The notes under the pieces are model-generated. The model did no database searches and had not been told where the DNA came from. It worked only from the letters and a program-made list of their open reading frames with translations. A DNA stretch of 49,279 bases, the filler included, from Sphacelaria rigidula (taxonomy: Eukaryota): assembly GCA_964200075.2 (NCBI GenBank). It is 3 parts of 3 records of this genome, joined end to end, with 100 filler letters (N's around TTAATTAATTAA, not from the genome) between each part and the next. Parts side by side here need not be neighbours in the genome. Positions count along the whole stretch, not along the records: positions 1 to 16,362 come from CAXNAA020001384.1; positions 16,463 to 32,821 come from CAXNAA020001385.1; 1 more part is not named here. The stretch is one strand, 5' to 3'. Made by a program: the position numbers and the translations under genes. Shown piece by piece: positions 11,015 to 21,017 of this stretch; within the stretch, counting starts at the first letter, position 1; every line of letters begins with the position of its first letter.

Positions 11015-14000
11015 GTGGGAATTGCAAATACTTCAGTGGGGAGCGCTGGAGCGAATAGCTCGCAACGCCTCGGCCAGGCAGGATCCGTGTCTAGTGCATT
11101 GCCTACTGCTGAGACGGCTGTAAGAGCGCCATCTGCATATTTGGAGACTTGGTCTAGTTGGACCGACTATTCGCAGCTATCGATGCCAAGTGCTGGAGGG
11201 CAGCCCTGGCGTCAGGTGACTCTTGGGACAGAACGGGGTTCTTCGGCAGGCGTGATGTCTTTCGACCGCAAGGCTGAATGCTTACGCGCAGATTTATCCT
11301 TGCCTGGTTCTGTAGATTTGTTCATGGCCCGCGTTATTCTGGATTCAGGGTCCGCGCTCACTTCGATCGGTGTGGGGTTGCTAGAACAGATGTCTTCGCA
11401 GTTTGAAGGTGCTCAGCTTCAGATTCCGTTCAAAACCGGACCGCAAACGGCACAGACCGCCACAGGTGCTTCCGTGACGGTTACACACAAAACGGTGCCG
11501 ATTACTGTTAGCGTGCGTACGCCGTGGGGGGCTGTGCAGTTGCAACCCATTACGTTCGCTGTTATGCCCGGTAGGGACAACGTGGGTTTACGTGGGATGG
11601 CGACAATGAAGGAGCTTGGGATTGATCTATATCCGCTGGCGTCGGAGAAGTCACGTCTGCGTGCTGTGCCGGTGCAAACCGGCGTGGAAAACTCCAGTTA
11701 GCTTGCTGCAAGGCGTGTGGTCGTATCCACACGATCATTCCAGAGCGTCCATGAGTAGGGGGCTCCTGCTGATGAAGCGGTAGAGCGCTTGGTCGATCGA
11801 GGGCTGGCTATGTTTATGGACCCAGCAGAGGTGAGAGGTGCACGAGAACGTGCGCTTGAGTATAGTAGTGTGCGGCAGGCCGAGCAGAAGGGCCTGAACG
11901 CCGATGGCGCACTTTGTCTGCGCTATATTTTAGTTCGTCGCGTGGATACATTTCGCCGTGCGCTGCGTGGTGATCTACCAGCGCGTTGAGCCCATGAAGA
12001 TACAGCTTAAGCCCCAGGCAAACGCGGTGAAGGCCAAGCCCAGAAGGTACGGTTCTGTGAAGACCGGGTGACTTGCCCCATGCATTGCAGCTTTGGTGGC
12101 GTTTGGTTCAGTGGTGAGGAATATCCAGGCTGTGTCGGCGAGTCCGGCGATGGCGGTGCCAAAAAGGGACACATTCCGTTTGGTCAGCGACCATCAGGCG
12201 GTGAACGCGCAAGTGGACTAGTCTCCGGGGGTGAAGCCAAGCCAAGAAGACATGCAGCAGTTGCCGGGAGCCCAATGCTTCGGTAAGTTGAACCTGCTAT
12301 GGGGGTATTGGCAGATGCCTCTGGCGCCGGAGGCTCAGGAAAACTTCACGATCGTCACGCCGGACGGTTTGTTTACGCCGTGTCCCGTAGGGCGTGTTGA
12401 ACGCCACGGCGTATTTTTCAAGGTGTGCTGACTGACATTTTGCGAGGTCTAGATTGTAACGTGTGGGTGGATGACGTTTTCTATTTTGCTGAAACCGGAG
12501 AAGCACTCTTTGCTTTGTTTGACGAAATTCTTGGCCGCTTGGAGAAGGTTGGTCTGTCCGTCGCTGCGCATAAGAGTACGTTTTTCGCACGCAAAGTGGT
12601 TTGATGTGGTAAGGTGTACTCAAAGGGTACTGTTTCGCATGATCCCACCCGTATTCAAGGTCTGAGCAATATGCGACGTCCTCAAAACGCTAGTGAGCTG
12701 ATCCAGTTTCTGCAGGCGGTCAATTGGTTGCGGATTTCGCTCCCACGCATGGCGGAAGTAGTTTCTCCGCCTCGAGTATTTCTGGAACAACTCATGGTCG
12801 GGGTGTCGCGTCGGACCAAGCGGGTGGCGCGTAATCGTACCATTCCGGAGGACGCTTGGACGGAGGATTTGTCCGGACATGGCGTGCTGCGCAAGGTTTG
12901 ATGGCGCAAGCGGTGCCGCTGTATCATCCTCGTCCAGGGTGCGTTGTTCTCACGTTTCCAGATACTTATGATTTTCTCTGGGGTAGGTTTTTTACGCAAG
13001 TGCCTGTCGTAGAGTTCGGTAGTGGCATTGCGTTCGAGAACATGACACACGAGCCGTAGACTTTCCTGAGTGGTAGTTTTGAGGGTTCACAGTTGCGGTG
13101 GGCGACAGTGAGCAAGGAAGGTTTCGCGATAGCCAGTACATTTCGAAGGCTAGAGTACTTGCTCTGGGGTGGTGTTCGCATTTTCATCGATCATCGCAAT
13201 CTTAGATACATATTTATCTCATAAGAGTGTGTCAATCGGTGACGAAGGCCATGGTACAACTGCTTGAAAATTGGAAAGGAGTACAAGGCCAATATCGGTA
13301 TGCCATTGAACACACTCCTGGAGAGCGCAGTTGTTGGGGAGATTTTTTGTATCGCTGGGTGAAGGTTCCTACCGTGCCTGTTCGCTCTGTTGTCGTGTAC
13401 AGCACGTGTGATGCCCGTGATTCGCTGCCCTCGTCAGATGTCATTCGTAGCGCGCGGCGAAAAACAGTCGGCGACTGTGTTCATTATTTTCCTACAACTT
13501 TCGGTCAAGCTTCTTTGGCTGACGATGGTTTGTTTCGCGTGCGTGTTGGCAGTAGTGAAGTTTTGTGGATTCCGTCCGATGATATGGCTCTACAAACTTG
13601 CTTGATGCTGTGTGCTCACATGCGGTCGGCTGGTCACCGCGGTGTGGCGCCGACTCTGTTTTGTTTGAAAGAATACTGTGTGTAATGCGAGAGAGGACCG
13701 CGTGCTCAGAGGACCGCCCCGTAGGTCAAAACACCTCGGGATCGACGCGTTTCAAAACCAATCGGGCCAGTACCTGCAGGCCCCACGCCCCTGACTATAA
13801 CCCCAACACTAACCCTGATCCTAACCCTAACCATAGGGATGTTCAAATTCCGATGCGGTTCTCTAAGCACGCGGTCCTCTCACGCATTGTAGACAAGCAA
13901 GTGCGATTTTGTGACGAAGTGCAAGCTGCTGTCGCGGTGTCTCGCGAAACCAAACCCAAGCTTGCTCAGGGCCAGGCTGTATTGCCCAAGTTTGCAGTTC

Positions 14001-14467
14001 GTGATTTCGTACTATATGCCCGTGTTTGGAGGCAAGGTGTGACGCTAAAGTTGATGTCCACGTGGGAGGTCGGAGCAGATTACGCTCACGTGCAATCGGT
14101 GCAGAACATTGTTTCTGGCGCCGTGCACTCGGCCCATGTCGCTCGTGTACGTTTTTATGCTGACTCGCAGTTGCATATCACTGCGGGACTAAAATATGTG
14201 TTTCAGCATTGGTATGCTCAAGGTGACAATGGTCATGTCATTGTTTTAGTCGACTGGGAAGGGTTCGGTGCTGAAGAACGTACGTGGGAATCTCTGCGCG
14301 GGATTCATTCTTCTGCGCCTGAATTTGTTTCAAAGGAACTGCGTAAATTGCGGTCGACTCAGGCGCTGATCAGTAAATTAGCGTCGGAGTATGGTATTCC
14401 TTCGTGGTCTGGCGCCTGCGATTTCGCCTTGGTTTTGTTGTTTGTCAAGCTCGTTCGTTTGCCTTGA
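11015..14467 (+). pseudogene. Gypsy pol (protease-RT-RNase H-integrase-chromodomain), disrupted, integrase core missing
   Basis: Domain motifs occur in Gypsy order across several frames. The integrase Zn-finger region ends at 13680 and sequence resumes at the C-terminal region after 13891. Confidence 0.85.
13681..13891 (+). mobile_element. TGTAATGCG TIR element copy 3, inside Gypsy integrase
   Basis: TIRs tgtaatgcgagagaggaccgcgtgctcagaggaccgc / gcggttctctaagcacgcggtcctctcacgcattgta. No TSD. Confidence 0.8.
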
Positions 14468-14484
14468 GCTCGCTTTGGGAGTGC

Positions 14485-14723
14485 TGGAGCCAAATGATAC
14501 CAAGCCGTAGGTCTCGGTATAATCGCATGCATGATTGGGATCCTGCATTGATCACCTTTAACTGTGTGCCCCCCCTGCTGTTTAGCTCTTGATGAGGTCT
14601 GTTGAGGACCACTCCGTGAAAGTAACAAGTGAGAAGGAAGGACTTGTCGATCACGAGGCCGGTGCTACTGGAGGAGTCCCTCGTGGATAGTCCTCTTGTC
14701 CACATCGTCTGGCAGAGGCTATA
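14485..14723 (+). repeat. 3' LTR
   Basis: TGGAGCCAAATGATACCAAGCCGTAGG...TCTGGCAGAGGCTATA, preceded by PPT-like ttgggagtgc and followed by TSD GGTC. Confidence 0.88.
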
Positions 14724-14744
14724 GGTCTCATCGAGAAGCAGGAT

Positions 14745-15245
14745 TGATGTGTTCTGTATGGCATACGGTTTTCTATATATACCCCCAAACGTCTCCGGGT
14801 ACTTTCCCGTGCCTGACAGTTCTGTGACTTCCATCAGCATTTCATGCCGGTACCCGACAGTTGGGTTCTGTCAACTCTGTAAGAATTTCATACCCCTTAC
14901 CCGATAGTTCTGTGAGTTTTGTAGGCCTCCCGTACCGTTATCGGAGGGCACCGGTGCCCTCTTGATGAGATACCCAGTTGCGGGTACGGCTTTCTGTGCA
15001 ACCTTCATATCCTACCCGACAGTTTCCGTGAGTTTGGTCAGCCGCAGTTCTGTGAGTTCTGTACAAAACGTACACCCGTACCTGGAGCGTAGTTAAGTAT
15101 GCTCGAAGAAATACCCCATTGCCGGTACGTTTTTCGGTAAGCCTCTTATTTTCTACCCGACAAGCTATATAACTTATTTCTATAAGACCTTGAAACCGGT
15201 ACCCGACAGTTTTGGAATACCTTTTCTTCCTGTAAGACTTTTCAC
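14745..15245 (+). repeat. Dispersed repeat built of GTACCCGACAGTTCTGT subrepeats (same family as 36885-37491 and 38102-38641)
   Basis: Recurrent tacccgacagttctgtgagttctgtaag motifs. Confidence 0.7.
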
Positions 15246-15761
15246 GCGTCAGCCAATCTGGCCAGTCCCTGCAGGTACCACGCCCCTGACCACAACCCCA
15301 ACACTAACCCTAACCCTAACCCTGTCCGTTCGGGTCATAGCCTTTCCTGTGAATCTTTTCATACTGGGAACCCCTCTCCTTTCTCGTGATGAGTATGTGT
15401 TCTAAGGGGATCAACTCATCCCTCACCGGTGCACGCCTCGCAACGCGCCAACTTTCACCAAGCAAACTCAGTGACCTTGTATTTCTTTTCGCGCGACTTC
15501 ACGCCTTCAAAGACGGAAATCAGATTCTTCGGGAAAAAACACAACGCGGGAGTCGGGGGCACGTTGTTCTCTCCCTGTTCGTGTTGCTTGGACGATTAAA
15601 ATATGGCCTATGCATTGCACAAGATGATCAGTGATTACAGTTTGTACATCCCTATGGTTAGGGTTAGGGTTAGTGTTAGTGTTGTGGTCAGGGGCGTGAT
15701 ACCTGCAGGGACTGGCCCGATTGGGTTTGAAAAATGTCGATCCTGAGGTGTTTTTACACCA

Positions 15762-16060
15762 GGACCCAAGGAGGTCGGCCGCCCCCTCAAGCCATGGCAG
15801 GATACCCCAAAGGAGAACCTCCGTGTGCTAGGGGCTGTCCCGCACAAAGGAGCCCGCCGAAAGTGGTTGGTCTACGGTGTAGAGGTTAACGATCCATACG
15901 ATTGGGTCACTGCGGCGAAGAACACGGGCAAATGGTATATTGGCGTCCAAAGGGAGCGGAAGAGTTTGAGGACACGTGGCGACGCGCGGACAAGCGAGAA
16001 TTAGACCGCCGTCACAAGCGAGAGGCTGCTGCGTCGAGGGCTGCCAATCGGAGAATCCTG
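15762..16060 (+). mobile_element. Degenerate 3' end of an RTE-like non-LTR retrotransposon
   Basis: Translates GPKEVGRPLKPWQDTPKENLRVLG...DWVTAAKNTGKWYIGV, resembling the GRP..W.D and W..AA....W motifs of RTE C-termini. A T-rich tail follows. Confidence 0.5.
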
Positions 16061-16362
16061 TCTGCTCATGTCAGTTATTGATTATGTCCTTAGTCGGTGA
16101 CTCTACGGTACCCACTGGCGCGTATCTGTGTCTACTCTGCTGCCTTGAATCCCTGGGGCCTTTCCTTTTTTCCGTCGCTGCATCATATTTCACTCTACTT
16201 GCTCTTTATTTTCCTCTTATTTTCCTTTTTTTGTTCTAGGTCGGCCATTCCTTCCTGTGCTTTGCTTGTGTTGACTTTTTTAATACTTTTTTTGTGACGA
16301 CTTGGTCTGCTATGTCGTTCTGTTCGCCCCCCCCCCCCCCTCCCCTCTTTTTTCTTCTCCTT

Positions 16363-16462
16363 NNNNNNNNNNNNNNNNNNNNNNNNNNNNNNNNNNNNNN
16401 NNNNNNTTAATTAATTAANNNNNNNNNNNNNNNNNNNNNNNNNNNNNNNNNNNNNNNNNNNN
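16363..16462. other. Artificial contig linker (44 N + TTAATTAATTAA + 44 N)
   Basis: Six-frame stop spacer inside Ns, identical to 32822-32921. Confidence 0.95.
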
Positions 16463-17486
16463 CCCTCTTTCCCTCACAGCATATTTCTGTATACAGCCCC
16501 CCCCCCCCCCCCCCCCCGCCGCGGGGGGGTTGTGCCCCCCCCCCCCCCCCCCCTCCGGTCAAAAACTCGAACTTTCGATCTTGGGGTCCACGTGTTCCGA
16601 AATATATTTTTGACAGACCCTTGTCGGCGCAGTAAAATATCGTGACCGTATTGTACTGTGATGAAATAGTATGATCGACGTGAGCCCGTAGATTGCGATG
16701 AAGCACTCCCTGGACTGACCACACCGTCGGAGCGTACAGTATCGACTATTACAGCTCTCAAGGTACGCGGGACAATTTTTGACAGTGAATGTATCTTGTC
16801 CAAATTGTGGAATCAAGACACACTGTAGCCTCAACGTTGAAATATGGCCAGTTTTGGGGCTGGGGGGCGGGGAAGTTGGGGGATTTATTTTAGGGCGTCT
16901 GATATTCAAGTTTTTTTTTTCGTTGGGGAAAGGGGTTTTTAACCAGGATCCAATACTTGACCCGATGATACAGGAAAACAAATTACGGGGGTCTGGTGTA
17001 CATGTATGCGAGTCACTTGAGTCGTGTTCGGACCGACTGACCACTTGGATCAGGTGTGGTCGGTCTTGCAATAGTCGCTTGGATACAAAGTGATCAGTCT
17101 GTGTCCGAGACGAGAGCCAAAACTACTGCGCTGGAGATGGCAATTTGGAACACCAAGTTACTTCTGCTTAGTGTGCCGGGTAATCATATAGATGCATTAT
17201 CGCCAGTCTTGATCGCTCAATTACCTCATGGTCGGTCTATATTCAACACAAGAGCCAAACAAAGCTAGTTGACCTCAGACTACACACACGAGCAAGTTAG
17301 CCGGATCAGCATACTTGTTGAAAATCTTGGGGCACAAAAAATATCAAACTTCTCCCGGGGGGGGGGGGGGGGGGGGCGGCCACACAAGTGTCTGGAATCT
17401 TGACCGACGGGGCCCCTGTATGGTCAATGTTTCTCTAGTTTCAGTACTGTACGGATTAAAAAAGAAGAATGAAATGCCACGAAGAC

Positions 17487-17691
17487 TGTAATGCGTGGGA
17501 GGGCCGCGTGCTTAGAGGACCGCGCCGTAGTTCAAAACATCGCAGGATCGATGTTTTTCAACACCAATCGGGTCAGTCCCTGGAGGTACCACGCCCCTGA
17601 TCATAACCTCAACACTAACCCCAACCCTAACCAAATGGATGTTCAAATTCCGACGCTGTCCTCTAAGCACGCGGTCCTCTCACGCATTACA
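17487..17691 (+). mobile_element. TGTAATGCG TIR element copy 4
   Basis: tgtaatgcgtgggagggccgcgtgcttagaggaccgc ... gcacgcggtcctctcacgcattaca with ctaaccccaaccctaacc core. Confidence 0.8.
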
Positions 17692-20280
17692 AAGGTAATA
17701 GCTTCGCCCAGATTGCCCGCAGTTTTAGGTTGCTCTACTCGTAGAGGGTGCACAGTTCCGAATAAACTCGCTTGCTCTGTACAGAAAAAAACGGTGAAGA
17801 GAAAGTGCGTGATGAACCCCATTCTGAATCAACGCTCTTCTCTCAATCTCACGAACAAAGTTTACTTGCACTTACTTTTGTGCGATGATGTGAGCTTAAA
17901 ACGAACGTACAAAATTGTAACTGGTTGATTCCAGCATTATATCGTGTTTTTCGGGCATGTTCAGCGTTAATGCATGGAAAACTGCATTTAAATCTTCGCA
18001 TTTCGCAACCGAACATGATACAGCTGTTTCTTAGATTTCCCCGGGCCGCATCATTTATTTCGTTCTTTTGCATTTCGAAGTACTCTGCACCGGCTTCTGG
18101 GGGTCTTGTGGCCCCTCACCGCAGACTATTGCGGCCGACAAAATGTATCGATATTTGGTTTTCACAATGTATGCATGGGGGCAATGGCAATCGACAGACC
18201 GCGTGCCAAATAAGTTGATGACGATGGCTATTGACAGATTCTATACCAAAGCTATTGATGACGGTAACCGCCATTGATGAAATGTGTACAAAAGCTATGC
18301 ATGGCGGCAATGAAAACCGATAGATACATGCCAGAATCTGCCGTGGTATACAATGCCTACCGATAGATATTCTGTCATCTATCGCCACACCTACGTTGCA
18401 ACATTGTATGTCATTATAGAGCATATTGTACCCCGTTCAGGTGCGGCAGAGAAGCCACAGTTTGACGTGCAGTGGGTATGTGATGGTCCTATTTGCGAAT
18501 ATATGACGCTACGTTTCTACAATTTTGAAACGCTTGGATTTTGTAGGAATCCGCAACATGTGTGAACCAAAGTTTACAAGTGTTGTTGTGTGATGTTGGT
18601 ACTTCTGGTTGTCCCTCTGATGTACACAAACGCTTACAGTACTATTTTGTGTGTGGGAGATGTGCTTATACCCTGGACAATAGACTACGTAATACAACAA
18701 TTCGCGCTGCAATATCCCCGAAAAATTGACTTTCAATGTTCATTGTCAAGTCACGCGACCGGCATCGGTGGTTATCGATAGCTACGTAGACGACAACAGA
18801 TTCGGGACAAGGGACAAAATGTATCATTGCCGTGACAGTGGAGGGGCCAAGTTGTCTATCGATACGTTCTATTTTTTGCAATGAGCTCTGAATTGCGGCC
18901 AACGATGTCTGTTGCTAATCTCAATAGCATATGCCACGTGGCTACTAGTACATATTTTTGGTTACAATAGAATTTAAATTACGCTCACCGATGTCTATGA
19001 AGGGTCAGAATATCATCTGGATCGCGGCCACCAACGTATATCGATGGTTACAATACAATCTGAATCCGTATATCGATGGTTACAATTCAATCTGAATCGA
19101 GGCCACCAATCACTATCTACTGCTGGCCACAAAAGTAGCTGACGTGGGTCACTAGCTATATTTGCACATTTTCCAGTGGATGTTTCCATCTGCATTCACG
19201 GAAGCTACGCCCCCCCATCGCCTCAGGTAGTTGCGCGTTCATGTGTGAGAGGCACTGCCGTTGGTGTCATGCGACCACTGCAGTGAGCAATGTATTCATC
19301 AAAACCTATCGTTAGCGTCACTGGCTATCGATAGGTGCTCCCGAGAACAACCGATTGTCGACGGCAATGACCGTGTTCATAGATACCCAAAAATGCATTG
19401 TTGGCGGCAGAGGCTGCCGATAGACGACTCATCCAATCTATTGATGACGGAGATTGGAATTATTGATGCATGGTTAACCTCATCCTTTCATGACGATGAT
19501 GACTATCGATGTGGCTCACCAAATCAATCGATAACGGCAATGGCTGTTGATGGAGGGCTCGCCACACCTATTAACTACGGTAGTGACTATCGATACGTAC
19601 ATACCAAAATCTTTTGCGGTACACGATTTCCATCGATGGAGTAACCTTAATCTATTAAAACTGCCGAAGGCTGGCGATTGACTACTGCAACATGTATCAT
19701 CCCTTGCAATACATAACAATAGAGGTGTTTTAACATCTATCGTGTTCGGCAATACACATCGATAGGTTTCCCCCCATGTCTGTTGCTGAAGCATCGGACT
19801 ATTATTGTGCACTCGATTCTTCAAGTACTTGAGCTCATGCTCTTCGCCCTTCATTGTTCTGCCTGAGGACTTTTCCTGATTGCTATGATCTTCTCTGCTT
19901 GGTTACTTCTCAGCTCAACCGCAACGAGTTATTCCGCTGAACCTACGTAAATATTCGTTCGGAACTGCATTTCTCGTACTCTCCAACAAGCCCTTCGAGA
20001 TGCCGTTCCAAATATGTTCTTGAAACAAAAATCAAACTCACTCTTATCTAACACACACATGTATATACTGCACTTCACGTGTACTGCAGTATCATGATTT
20101 TTTTTCGCACTGTCATCAAACATTCCTTCATGATGAAAAACAATCGAGTCCTCGTACCTGTAAGGCTCACGAAGTCCTGATCCAATGACGAGGTCGTGGC
20201 TGCCCTCCTCAGTTCTCGCTCCCCACTGATCAAGTTGATATGTGCTGTTTCTTTATTGCGGTCGGCTCTACACGAAGCAG

Positions 20281-20386
20281 CGTGACAAGTGCAAGCATTT
20301 CTCATGCCCGGGTGACTGGAAGCCAACCGGCGACGACCGCAAGAGATGCCGCGGAAAGTGCGATAAGTACGACTGCTGCTACAAGG
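20281..20386 (+). CDS. Cys-repeat exon R0 (divergent N-terminal repeat)
   Basis: gcag|CGT...AAG G|gtgagt, phase 0-1: RDKCKHFSCPGDWKPTGDDRKRCRGKCDKYDCCYK. Confidence 0.8.
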
Positions 20387-20985
20387 GTGAGTGACATCCG
20401 AATGATTACATCTGACGCTGACGGATAAGGAATCAACGGTTACAGTTGTTTCGGGAAGTGTCACCTATTTTCGAAGTACTGTACACCGGAGTTGTTTGAG
20501 AATACTTTACTGGTCGCCCCGGTGGCTCGGTTGGTAACCTCGAAGCATTCTGACGGTTGAGTCGCGGGTTTGAATATCGGAGCTATCTGGGATTTTTTGG
20601 CACACAGAATCCAACAGTGGAGAGCAAGCATGTCGTGAGTACACAACACTTCCCACGATAGCCCCTCCCCATCTCCCCCCAAAAAACCAGCCCAAAAGCG
20701 TCACGACAAAAATGGCCATACAGCGCCTGATGCTTGGGTCCAGGCTGCATGAAGCGCCTCATATGGGCGACAGTTGCGAGAACGAACCCAAGCGTGGGAA
20801 TTCCGACCTGGTCGTTCAGTTTGGCCTTTCCCATTTCGATTCACGTGAAGATTTCACCTCCCCAAACGAGGCACTTTGGGCGGAGGTGGGGGGGCGTACT
20901 CATTTGTTGCTTGCCTCAGTCGTTTGACGATTGACCACGCATCCATCTGGAGGCGGAGCACCGTTCCTACTACTTACAGCCAAAG

Positions 20986-21017
<32 letters not shown>

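Larger units (their letters stand above)
9538..14723 (+). mobile_element. Decayed full-length Ty3/Gypsy chromovirus-like LTR retrotransposon
   Basis: LTRs 9538-9795 and 14485-14723, 4-bp TSD GGTC. Order: gag with CCHC knuckle (CYNCGDTGHMIKDC), protease (ILDSGS), RT (GYWQ, VWVDD), RNase H (KEGFAI), integrase N-terminus (AHMRSAGHRG), chromodomain (VDWEGFGAEERTWESL). Many stops and frameshifts. Confidence 0.92.

Noticed and set aside
15290-15325. CCCTAA tracts as a true telomere or chromosome fusion site
   Set aside because: Short, degenerate and always inside the ~200-bp TIR element.
16407-16418. TTAATTAATTAA palindrome (also 32866-32877)
   Set aside because: Artificial six-frame stop linker between contigs. 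The SET, Cys-repeat and transporter genes cannot be treated as a cluster.
17137-17185. MAIWNTKLLLLSVP(G) as first exon
   Set aside because: Short hydrophobic stretch, weak phase-1 donor incompatible with R0, no other support.
19885-19950. MIFSAWLLLSSTATSYSAEPT as signal-peptide exon of the Cys-repeat gene
   Set aside because: It looks like a signal peptide, but its donor (gtaaat at 19947) is phase 2 while the R0 acceptor is phase 0. An unseen intermediate exon would be needed.
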